Assembly (NCBI GenBank): GCA_965202985.1
Contig: CBDBCF010000001.1
Coordinates: 1,568,001 to 1,632,000, forward strand
Origin: Longimicrobiales bacterium
Lineage (GTDB): Bacteria > Gemmatimonadota > Gemmatimonadetes > Longimicrobiales > Gaopeijiaceae
Length of the DNA: 64,000 nucleotides
Direction: 5' to 3'
In this document: positions 9,874 to 17,757 of the stretch, piece by piece
Layout of the letters: each line of letters begins with the position of its first letter
Numbering within the stretch: the stretch's first letter is position 1
Position numbers and translations under genes: made by a program
The notes under the pieces: model-generated
Seen by the model: only the letters and a program-made list of their open reading frames with translations
Told to the model about the DNA's origin: nothing
Databases searched by the model: none

Positions 9874-10979
9874 CTTATCTCAATCCCGTGCGAGACAGCA
9901 TGTGCGAACTGGTCGTAATCGTATCGGTAGGCGCAACTGCGGCTGTCCTGGCGTCTGGCTAGAACGTACGTCGCCATCTTGTCCCGAAAGCGACCAAACT
10001 TGTCGTTGCCCAGTGTCTTTTCAAGGGAACGGAGCACCTCCAAGCTATGCGTCGTGACGAACACTTGAACGTTCTGTTCCTCGGATACTGTCAGCAACGC
10101 TTCGACTAATGGCCCAATGGCCGAGTGGTGAAGTCCACTGCCGATCTCGTCAACCAATAGTATCTGAACGTCGCCAGCAAGACATTGCGCAAAAATCTGA
10201 GCGGCACGCACAAATCCGCTGCCGCACACGTTAAGTGGAATCATGGCGTCTAGGCCAATGTCCACATATGTTGTATCGTTCTTGGTTGCAATGTCTTGAA
10301 TGTATGGATGCACGGACCGGAGATATTTGAGCAAGTCGTCTTGTCGCTTCGCAATCAGTACGTCGGAGATCGATGCGGCATCATATCCATAACCTGGCGC
10401 AAGAAGGCAAGCCTTCAATAAACTTGCTTCTCGATCATCAGCAACGGTTGTCGGCGTAATCTTGATCTCGGCATTGCTTACTGAGAGACTAAAACGAAAT
10501 ACTCTGGATTCACTCACGCCATGCGGCTCAATTACGACTTGGTAGTCAAATGCCGTCAACTGTGGAGCCGACGAATACGACACGATGTCGGTGCGTGCGT
10601 CGGTCTTCTGGCCACCTCCGTCTTGAAACTGCGACTTGGGATCGATCGTAAGCGTCGCAATAGGCGTTGCCACAGTCAGCCGACGTTGATCTCGGTGCGT
10701 GGATGCTGACATGTCGACCTGTTGGTCGAGGTCCATGCGATGGAGAAGCAATGAGATGTCGCTCGTGTCCTCCACAACGCACTTTCGCAGATTCTGAATG
10801 CGGAAGAGCACTTCCGGTACGGCGCCGGAGATCAACATGACGGCCTCCAAAACCGAGGTCTTGCCGACATCGTTCTTGCCGACGATCAAGTTGAACTGGC
10901 GCAGCTCCTCCAGTTCGACGTGCTCGATGCCCCGAAAGCCGCGAATCGACAGGCGTTCGAGGTGCGTAGAGTTCGGCAT
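9870..10979 (-). CDS. ABC-type AAA_15/AAA_21 ATPase
   Basis: IRGFRGI, Walker A GKNDVGKT, signature GSGF, Walker B LLVDEIGSGLH, H-loop TTHS. The true start is ATG 10979, inside the longer track ORF. Confidence 0.88.
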   Translation of the reverse strand: MPNSTHLERLSIRGFRGIEHVELEELRQFNLIVGKNDVGKTSVLEAVMLISGAVPEVLFRIQNLRKCVVEDTSDISLLLHRMDLDQQVDMSASTHRDQRRLTVATPIATLTIDPKSQFQDGGGQKTDARTDIVSYSSAPQLTAFDYQVVIEPHGVSESRVFRFSLSVSNAEIKITPTTVADDREASLLKACLLAPGYGYDAASISDVLIAKRQDDLLKYLRSVHPYIQDIATKNDTTYVDIGLDAMIPLNVCGSGFVRAAQIFAQCLAGDVQILLVDEIGSGLHHSAIGPLVEALLTVSEEQNVQVFVTTHSLEVLRSLEKTLGNDKFGRFRDKMATYVLARRQDSRSCAYRYDYDQFAHAVSHGIEIR

Positions 10980-11164
10980 GGGCTGGTCGCCGAGATCGGG
11001 GGATGGTCCGCGGACGGGAAAGAAGGGCGGCAAACCGCTGGTGGGGCCGCCAAGGTGACCCGGGCCTATACGTAACGCCAGAAGATGGGGACGGCAAGCT
11101 CGTCTGGCTGTGGGTGGCTCTCGCGATTCAGAGAAGGGGAGTGGCTGGCCGGGTGCGGGTGACG

Positions 11165-11365
11165 GGACGCCTTCCGGCAGTGCATGGCCCAGATGCTTCG
11201 GCAGAACGTGTGCCGGAACGGAGGGATCGTCGTCCTGTACCATCCGGCCGAGGGGTCGAGCGGCTGGCGGGCGGCGTGCCCCGTCGAGAGGGAAGAGGAC
11301 GACGAACGGGAGGACGAGTCTCGGGTGAACCACCCGGCCTGAGCGCTGGCCGGTCGCTGCTCGGG
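11165..11365 (+). repeat. Right copy of the direct repeat: orphan 3' fragment of the lipoprotein gene
   Basis: Encodes DAFRQCMAQMLRQNVCRNGGIVVLYHPAEGSSGWRAACPVEREEDDEREDESRVNHPA*. An in-frame TGA lies just upstream and there is no signal peptide. Confidence 0.9.
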
Positions 11366-11395
11366 AGGATCGACGCCGAGGAGCGCAAGCGCGCC

Positions 11396-12322
11396 CTACG
11401 CCGACGAGCCCCCCAGACCCGCGGGCGCCCGCGATCGTCCGAACCAGCCGGCCAGCGCCGCCAAGCTCAACATGTAGGGCAGGGCCAGGAAGAGCGGGTA
11501 GGGCAGCTCGGCGTCCACGGCCTGCAAGGCGAACTGGAGGGCCTCGGCTCCTCCGAACAGGAAGGCCGCGGCGACCACGCCACGGGGGTCCCAGCGGCCC
11601 AGCACCACGACGGCGATGGCGATGAACCCCTTTCCGGCCGACATGTTCTCGGCGAAGGTGCCGGTGTGGACCAGGCTCAGGTGCGCGCCCGCCAGCCCGG
11701 CCATGAGGCCGCCGAAGAGGACCGCGAGGGTGCGGACGGTCGTCACCGAGACGCCGGCGGCGTGGGCGGCTTCCGGCGCCTCGCCCGCGGCCCGCAGCAC
11801 CAGCCCCCAGCGCGTGTGGAACAGGAACCACCACAGCAGGGGCGCCAGCGCGTAGACGGCGTAGACGGTAGCAGCCTGGTCGAAGAAGACCGGTCCCAGC
11901 AGGGGAAGCTCGGAGAGCAAGGGCGTTTTCCACGCCGGAACCGTCTCCAGTTCGAGCGCCAGCCCCGTGGCCCCGAAGCGGCTTTGGAAGACGGCCCCGG
12001 TGAACCCCAGGCTGCCCAGCGCGACGGCGGTGCCGGCGATGATCTGGTTCATGTCGAGGCGCACCGCGCACAGGGCGAAGACGCCGGCGACGGCGCATCC
12101 CGCCATGGCGCCGCCCGCCAGTCCCGCCCAAGGGCCTGCGGCCAGAGAAGCCATGGCGCCGCCCAGAGCGCCCCAGATGACGGAGCCCTCCAGCCCGATG
12201 TTGAGGACCCCAGCCCGCTCCGAGACGGTCTCGCCGAGTCCCGCCAGGGCCAGCGGCGCCGCCAGCCCTACGGTCGCGGCAAGGAACGAAGCGACGAAGG
12301 CGAGGAAGCCGGCGTCAGCCAT
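11396..12322 (-). CDS. ABC transporter permease, nucleoside/CUT2 type
   Basis: SERAGVLNIGLEG, GEAPEAA and GKGFIAIA motifs. Confidence 0.92.
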   Translation of the reverse strand: MADAGFLAFVASFLAATVGLAAPLALAGLGETVSERAGVLNIGLEGSVIWGALGGAMASLAAGPWAGLAGGAMAGCAVAGVFALCAVRLDMNQIIAGTAVALGSLGFTGAVFQSRFGATGLALELETVPAWKTPLLSELPLLGPVFFDQAATVYAVYALAPLLWWFLFHTRWGLVLRAAGEAPEAAHAAGVSVTTVRTLAVLFGGLMAGLAGAHLSLVHTGTFAENMSAGKGFIAIAVVVLGRWDPRGVVAAAFLFGGAEALQFALQAVDAELPYPLFLALPYMLSLAALAGWFGRSRAPAGLGGSSA

Positions 12323-13388
12323 GGCGCCTCCGGGAAGCGGCCCGGAGCGCCCGGTCCACGGCCAACACCGCAAGGATCAACAGCGCCTCCGTGCCCCGCA
12401 CCCAGGCCTCGGGCACGCCGGCGTCCCGTTGCATCGCCGCGCCCCCTGCGCCGAATGCGCCGAAGACGACCGCCGCGACCACCACGGCGCCGGGGTGCAG
12501 TCGCGCCAGCAGCGCCACAGCGATCGCCGTGTAGCCCCATCCCGGCGACAGCCCTTCGTACATGCGGCCCGTCACCCCCGACACCTGCACCCACCCCGCC
12601 AGCCCGGCCAACGCGCCCGACGCCAGGAACGCTCGCCGGACCACCCGCCCCGGGTCGAAGCGTCCGCTCGCGGCCGACGCCCGGACGGACGCGCCGACGG
12701 CCCGCAGTCGAAAGCCGCCGGGGGTCCGCGCCAAGTAGACCCAAAGGCATGCGGCCATGGCCAAGCCCAACACGAACCCCCAGTGGAGACGCCCGCCGGG
12801 ATACAGCGCCGGTAGACGGGCGGCGACCGGGATCTCGTCCGTCATGTTGAAGACGCCCCGCGCCTCTTGAAGAGGACCCTGCACCAGGAACTGCGCCACG
12901 AAGAGCGCGACGAAGTTCAGGAGCAGCGTCGTGATCACTTCGCCTACCCCTAGGCCCGTCTTCATGACGGCCGGGACCGAAGCCCACGCCGCCCCGGCCA
13001 AGGCCCCCGCCAGAAGGGTGGCGGGCAGCAGAACCAAGGCCGGAGCCCCCGGCAGCGACACCGCCAGGGCGACGCCCGCCAGAGCCCCGACATGGAGCTG
13101 CCCCTCGGCCCCGATGTTCCAGACGCCGGCCTTGAAGGCAAGCGCGACCGCCAAGCCCGTCAGCAGAAGCGGCGTCGCCTGCACCAGCGTGAACGACGCG
13201 AACCGGTTCCACGACCCGAAGGCGCCGCGAAGCAGCGCGCCGAAGGCGTCGCCGGGGGAGTAGCCGCCCAGCGCCAAGAGCACCCCGGCCACGGCCAGCG
13301 TCGCCAGCACCGCGGCCGAGGCGCCGGCCACCGCAACCAGCTGCCCCCTGAAACGAGAAGGGACGGCCGGCGAGGTCTCGGTGGTCAC
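12315..13388 (-). CDS. ABC transporter permease, nucleoside/CUT2 type
   Basis: TPLLLTGLAVALAFKAGVWNIGAEGQ, EVITTLLLNF and GYTAIAVALL motifs. Confidence 0.92.
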   Translation of the reverse strand: MTTETSPAVPSRFRGQLVAVAGASAAVLATLAVAGVLLALGGYSPGDAFGALLRGAFGSWNRFASFTLVQATPLLLTGLAVALAFKAGVWNIGAEGQLHVGALAGVALAVSLPGAPALVLLPATLLAGALAGAAWASVPAVMKTGLGVGEVITTLLLNFVALFVAQFLVQGPLQEARGVFNMTDEIPVAARLPALYPGGRLHWGFVLGLAMAACLWVYLARTPGGFRLRAVGASVRASAASGRFDPGRVVRRAFLASGALAGLAGWVQVSGVTGRMYEGLSPGWGYTAIAVALLARLHPGAVVVAAVVFGAFGAGGAAMQRDAGVPEAWVRGTEALLILAVLAVDRALRAASRRRHG

Positions 13389-14977
13389 GACGCCGCCAGC
13401 ATCAGCCGTCCGATCCCTGCTGCGGACCGCTCGTCCGACGGGACGGGCACGACGCGCCCTCGCACCATGACCACGATCCGGTCCGCCAGCTCAAGGACAT
13501 CGTCCAAGTCGGTCGAGATCAGGACCACGCCCGGAGGCGGTCCGGCCGAATCAGCCATTCCTTCGCCCCGCGCCAAGCGTGCAATGCGGTCCCGGACGGC
13601 CCGGGCGGCGGCCACGTCCAGTCCGCGTGTTGGCGATTCTGCGATCAGGAGGCAAGCGGCCCGCAGGAACTCGCGTCCCGCCAGCACCTTCTGCTGGTTG
13701 CCCCCAGACAAGGTCCGGACTGCCGCGCCGGGTCCCGGCATCCGCACGTCCATCTCGGCCGAAAGCGTCTGGGCTCGGGCCTCCAAGCCCCGCCAGTCCA
13801 GCCAGGGCCCGCGACGCCACGCCGCGCTTCCGTGCAGCGCCAAGGCCACGTTCTCCGCGATGGAGAAGCTCTCCACGAGTCCTTCCGCGTTCCGGTCTTG
13901 GGGGATCCATCCCGCCTCCTGGGGCACGTCCGTTGTCCCAGTCCGCGGCTCGACTACGCCCGCCAGCACGGCCGCCAACGTCCGCTGCCCGTTCCCTTCC
14001 ACCCCCGCCACGCCTACGATCTCGCCCCGCCCGACCACGAGATCGGCGCCTCGGAGCGGCGGCGGCTCCCCGGCCCCCGCCCAGACGCCCGACAGTCGCG
14101 CGACCACCTCGCTGTCGTTCGCACCGGTTCCGACGTGTGTGTCGGCCCGGTCGCTTGCACCTGTCACGCCCTTCGGCCGGTCATCGCGTTTTGCCTCCGT
14201 GACAAATTGTACCCCCAATTTGTCCGAGAATTTGTCACGGGGCGACCCGAGGTCGCCGACCATGGCCTCGGCCAGTTCGGAAGCGGAGAACCGGGCTGCC
14301 TTCCCCTCCAGGATGCGCCGCCCGCGCCGCAGAACTGTCACGCGATCGGCCGCCGACAGCACTTCGTCCAGCTTGTGGGCCACCAGCACGACGCCCGTGC
14401 CCGTTTCTGCCACCTGCTCCAGCACGGCGAGCAGTCCGTCCACCTCCTGGGGGGCCAGCACCGCCGTCGGCTCGTCCAGCAGCAGAACCCGCGGCTCGCC
14501 CATGAGCGCCTTGAGGACCTCGATCCGCTGACGGTCCCCGACGCCCAGGCGCTCCACCGCCACGTCGAGCTCGACGGCCAAGTTCAGCTCTCCGGCCCGA
14601 GCCTCCACCGTCTCGCGATACCCCGGTGCCGGCCCGCCCCGCCCCGTCCATGCGGCCCGGTCGAACAAGGTCACGTTCTCGAACCCCGTGAACCGAGGCA
14701 CCAGGGAGAAGTGCTGGTGGACCATGGCCACGCCCCTGCGCCGGGCATCGGCAGCGCTCCGAAGGCGAACCGGGTTGCCGTCAACCTCGACCGTCCCCGC
14801 GTCGGGAACCAGCAGACCAGCCAGCACACGGGCCAGGGTGGTCTTGCCGGCCCCGTTCTCGCCCAGAAGGCCGTGCACCTCGCCGCGCGCCAGCTCGAAG
14901 TCGGCCCGGTCCAGCGCGGTCACGGCCCCGAAGCGAACAGTTACCTCCGAGAGCCGCGCTGCAACGCGCCCGTCCAC
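13385..14977 (-). CDS. ABC transporter ATP-binding protein, duplicated NBD (CUT2)
   Basis: GENGAGKTT, VHQHF, LLLDEPT; second NBD with GVEGNGQ and LSGGNQQK. Confidence 0.93.
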   Translation of the reverse strand: MDGRVAARLSEVTVRFGAVTALDRADFELARGEVHGLLGENGAGKTTLARVLAGLLVPDAGTVEVDGNPVRLRSAADARRRGVAMVHQHFSLVPRFTGFENVTLFDRAAWTGRGGPAPGYRETVEARAGELNLAVELDVAVERLGVGDRQRIEVLKALMGEPRVLLLDEPTAVLAPQEVDGLLAVLEQVAETGTGVVLVAHKLDEVLSAADRVTVLRRGRRILEGKAARFSASELAEAMVGDLGSPRDKFSDKLGVQFVTEAKRDDRPKGVTGASDRADTHVGTGANDSEVVARLSGVWAGAGEPPPLRGADLVVGRGEIVGVAGVEGNGQRTLAAVLAGVVEPRTGTTDVPQEAGWIPQDRNAEGLVESFSIAENVALALHGSAAWRRGPWLDWRGLEARAQTLSAEMDVRMPGPGAAVRTLSGGNQQKVLAGREFLRAACLLIAESPTRGLDVAAARAVRDRIARLARGEGMADSAGPPPGVVLISTDLDDVLELADRIVVMVRGRVVPVPSDERSAAGIGRLMLAAS

Positions 14978-14993
14978 GCTCGGGTTGCCGTCG

Positions 14994-15029
14994 CGGCTGT
15001 CGCCCGCGCCCCGGCTGTCGCCCGCACCC
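14994..15029. repeat. Tandem 18-bp repeat, 2 copies, intergenic
   Basis: CGGCTGTCGCCCGCGCCC followed by CGGCTGTCGCCCGCACCC. Confidence 0.7.
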
Positions 15030-15090
15030 CGGTTGCGCGAGCCTTGGGCGGCGTCGCCTCCCCGATCGGCAGCCTGCCCGCCGAGTCCGC

Positions 15091-16164
15091 CTACGGCACG
15101 TCCCCTTCCGTCGCCGCGTCCTCTTCCAAGTAGCGGATCCTCGGCACGTCCAGCGCCCCGCTCGCGATCCGCTCCCGCGCCTCGTCAATCCGAGCCGCCG
15201 TCGCCGCCGGAATCACGTCGGGCAACGCAGGGTTGGCCACGAAGTCCACCGCGCCCGCCGCAAGCCCCGAGCGCAAGGGGCCGGACAGGGTTCCCGCCCG
15301 CCAGGCCCGGGCTGCCGACAGGAACATCGCCGGGATGTCGATGACCGCGCTCGCCACGATCACGTCGGGCGCCACGTCGTTCTGGTCTCGGTTCATGCCG
15401 AACGCCCAGGCTTCGCGACCTGCCTCCCGGGCCTCGCGCACGGCCTGGAAGACGCCGAAGCTGGCGGCGTCCACGTTGTGAATGATCACGTCGGCGCCGC
15501 CCCGCAGCTGCGCGGCCGTCGCTTCCTTGGCCGCGGACACGTCGTCCCAGTTGCCGGTGAAGGTCTCCAGCACCTGCGCCTCGGGGTTCACCGCCTTCAC
15601 GCCGGCGGCGAAGGCCAGGAACGTTCCCTTCGCGGGGGGAATCTCGACGCCGCCCACCATTCCGGCGATGCCCGTGCGCGTGATCCCGCCGGCCGCCATC
15701 CCGGCCAAGTACGCCGCCTCCTCAAGGTGGAAGACCAAGGGCGCCAAGTTGTCCCCGATCGCCGACCCCGACGAGACGACGAAGGTGGTCTCGGGGAACC
15801 GAGCGGCGGCCCGGCCGGCGGCGTCCTGATATTCGAAGCCGTGACCGAAGACCAGTCCGTACCCGGCCTCGGCGTAAGAGATGAACGCCTCGTCGAAGTC
15901 GGCCGGCGTGCGCGTCTGCTGATGAGAGGTCCGAAGGCCCAGCGAATCGCCGATGCGGAGCAGCCCTTCGTAGGCGCCCGCATGCCAGCCTGCGTCGCTC
16001 ACCGGCCCCGACGTGAGCAGGGCGACGGCGGGCAGCGTCGATTCACGGGCCGCGTCGCGGTTCGGCGCGCCGTCGCGGCTGGGCGCAGCGTCGCAGGCGG
16101 AGGCCGCCAGGAAGACCGCGAACGCCAGCCGAAGCGTTCGGAAGAAGCGGATCATTGGCCGCAT
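15091..16164 (-). CDS. BMP-family ABC substrate-binding lipoprotein (purine nucleoside type)
   Basis: Lipobox ASAC, GPVSDAGW, GHGFEY, EAAYLAG and GNWDD motifs; start at 16164 or 16155. Confidence 0.9.
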   Translation of the reverse strand: MRPMIRFFRTLRLAFAVFLAASACDAAPSRDGAPNRDAARESTLPAVALLTSGPVSDAGWHAGAYEGLLRIGDSLGLRTSHQQTRTPADFDEAFISYAEAGYGLVFGHGFEYQDAAGRAAARFPETTFVVSSGSAIGDNLAPLVFHLEEAAYLAGMAAGGITRTGIAGMVGGVEIPPAKGTFLAFAAGVKAVNPEAQVLETFTGNWDDVSAAKEATAAQLRGGADVIIHNVDAASFGVFQAVREAREAGREAWAFGMNRDQNDVAPDVIVASAVIDIPAMFLSAARAWRAGTLSGPLRSGLAAGAVDFVANPALPDVIPAATAARIDEARERIASGALDVPRIRYLEEDAATEGDVP

Positions 16165-16343
16165 CCTTGTTCGTGGGCGCACCCGCCGAGGCCGCGGGCG
16201 GACCCTGTGTTCCCGGGCGCACCCCCCGGAGGCCCAGCGGACGACTCGCGCCGATCCGGCCATGGCCCGAGCTTGGGGGAAGCAATATAATACCGCGTCA
16301 CGAAGCGCCCTTCACGAAGCGCCCCCTCCCGCAAGGAGACCTC

Positions 16344-17747
16344 ATGAGCGAAGCATCCCGAGGCAATTGGACCTCCAACGCCGGCTTCGTGCTGGCCGCC
16401 ACCGGCAGCGCAATCGGCCTGGGCAACCTCTGGAAGTTCCCGTTCATCACCTGGGAGAACGAGGGCGGCGCCTTCGTCCTGGTCTACCTGATCTGCATCG
16501 CCGCGGTCGGCCTGCCGATCATGATGGCCGAGCTGCTGATCGGGCGACGAAGCCAGAAGAGCGCGGTCGGGGCGCTGAAGGAGGCCGCGGGTCCGCTGTG
16601 GGGGATCGTGGGCGGCTGGGGGGTGCTGGCCGCGTTCATCCTGCTGAGCTACTACACGGTCATCGCGGGGTGGTCGCTGTACTACTTCGCCAAGTCCGTC
16701 GGCTGGTCGGTGGGCGGCTTCCCGGCGGGCATCAACACGGGCGACGTGTTCGACGCGCAAGTGGGCAACGCCGGCTTGCAGCTGACGCTCTCGCTGGGGT
16801 TCAGCGTGGCCACGATCGCGGTGGTGTACTTCGGAGTGCAGCGCGGAATCGAGCGGATCGCCCGCATATTCCTGCCGATCCTCTTCGGCATCCTGGTGCT
16901 GATGCTGTTCAGCGCTCTGGGAATGAGCGGGTCTGGCGAAGCGCTGGGCTTCATCTTCCGTCCCAACTTCGGCGAACTCGATGGAGGGTCGGTGCTGGAA
17001 GCCCTTGGTCACTCGTTCTTTACGCTGTCGCTGGGGATGGGCGCGATGATCACCTACGGGTCGTACCTGGCCCGAAACCAGTCCGTGGTGAAGGCGTCGG
17101 GGTTGATCGTGTTGCTCGATACGCTGATCGCGCTGATCGCAACGGTCATCATGTTCTCGGTGATCTTCTCGGTCGCGGGGATGAGCGACGAGGTTTCGGG
17201 CACCGGTACCGTGGGAATGCTCTTCATCTCGCTGCCGCAGCTCTTCTTCACCGAAGTGCCGTTCGGTTCGATCCTGGGCCCGCTCTTCTACGTTCTCGTG
17301 GCGCTGGCCGCGCTTACCTCCACGATGTCGTTGCTGGAGGTCGTCACCAGCTACATGATCGACGAGCGCGGCATCGCTCGCCACAAGGCCACGGTCGTCT
17401 CCGGAGCGGCGATTTTCGTCTTCACGATCTTCGCCGCGTTGTCGTTCACGGGCACGCCCTTCCTGTCCAACCTCTCCGTCCCCTTCTTCGGCGGGGGCAA
17501 GGAGGGCTGGTTCAGCAACGCCGACCACTTCGTGTCGAACTGGATGCTGCCGACGGGCGGACTCGCCATCACGCTGGCCGCAGGTTGGTTCATGACCCGC
17601 AAGGCCACGCATGCCGAACTCGTGGACGGGACCGAACCACGCTGGTTTCACTACGGCGCTTGGCGCTTCTTCATCCGCTTCGTGGCACCGGCGGCCGTGC
17701 TGGCGATCATCCTTGCCGTGATCTTCTTGGGCGAGGACTTCAGCTAA
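16344..17747 (+). CDS. Sodium-dependent transporter, NSS/SNF family
   Basis: GSAIGLGNLWKFP, GGAF, GIER and FFTLSLGMGAMITYGSY; AAGGAG RBS before ATG 16344. Confidence 0.95.
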   Translation: MSEASRGNWTSNAGFVLAATGSAIGLGNLWKFPFITWENEGGAFVLVYLICIAAVGLPIMMAELLIGRRSQKSAVGALKEAAGPLWGIVGGWGVLAAFILLSYYTVIAGWSLYYFAKSVGWSVGGFPAGINTGDVFDAQVGNAGLQLTLSLGFSVATIAVVYFGVQRGIERIARIFLPILFGILVLMLFSALGMSGSGEALGFIFRPNFGELDGGSVLEALGHSFFTLSLGMGAMITYGSYLARNQSVVKASGLIVLLDTLIALIATVIMFSVIFSVAGMSDEVSGTGTVGMLFISLPQLFFTEVPFGSILGPLFYVLVALAALTSTMSLLEVVTSYMIDERGIARHKATVVSGAAIFVFTIFAALSFTGTPFLSNLSVPFFGGGKEGWFSNADHFVSNWMLPTGGLAITLAAGWFMTRKATHAELVDGTEPRWFHYGAWRFFIRFVAPAAVLAIILAVIFLGEDFS

Positions 17748-17757
17748 AGCGAGGCGA

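Noticed and set aside
2545..11342. The repeat pair as DGR template/variable repeats
   Set aside because: Mismatches are not adenine-specific in either copy (about 5-6 of 22 at A), and there is no reverse transcriptase in the window.
9870..12131. 753-aa ATPase with a long N-terminal extension, and similar apparent fusions (24688-27669, 28853-31642, 33077-35290, 38140-40686, 51729-54218)
   Set aside because: The extensions are off-frame read-through over neighbouring genes; motifs and RBS place the true starts downstream.
14994..15029. 18-bp repeats as a CRISPR or regulatory array
   Set aside because: Only two adjacent copies, with no spacers and no cas genes.
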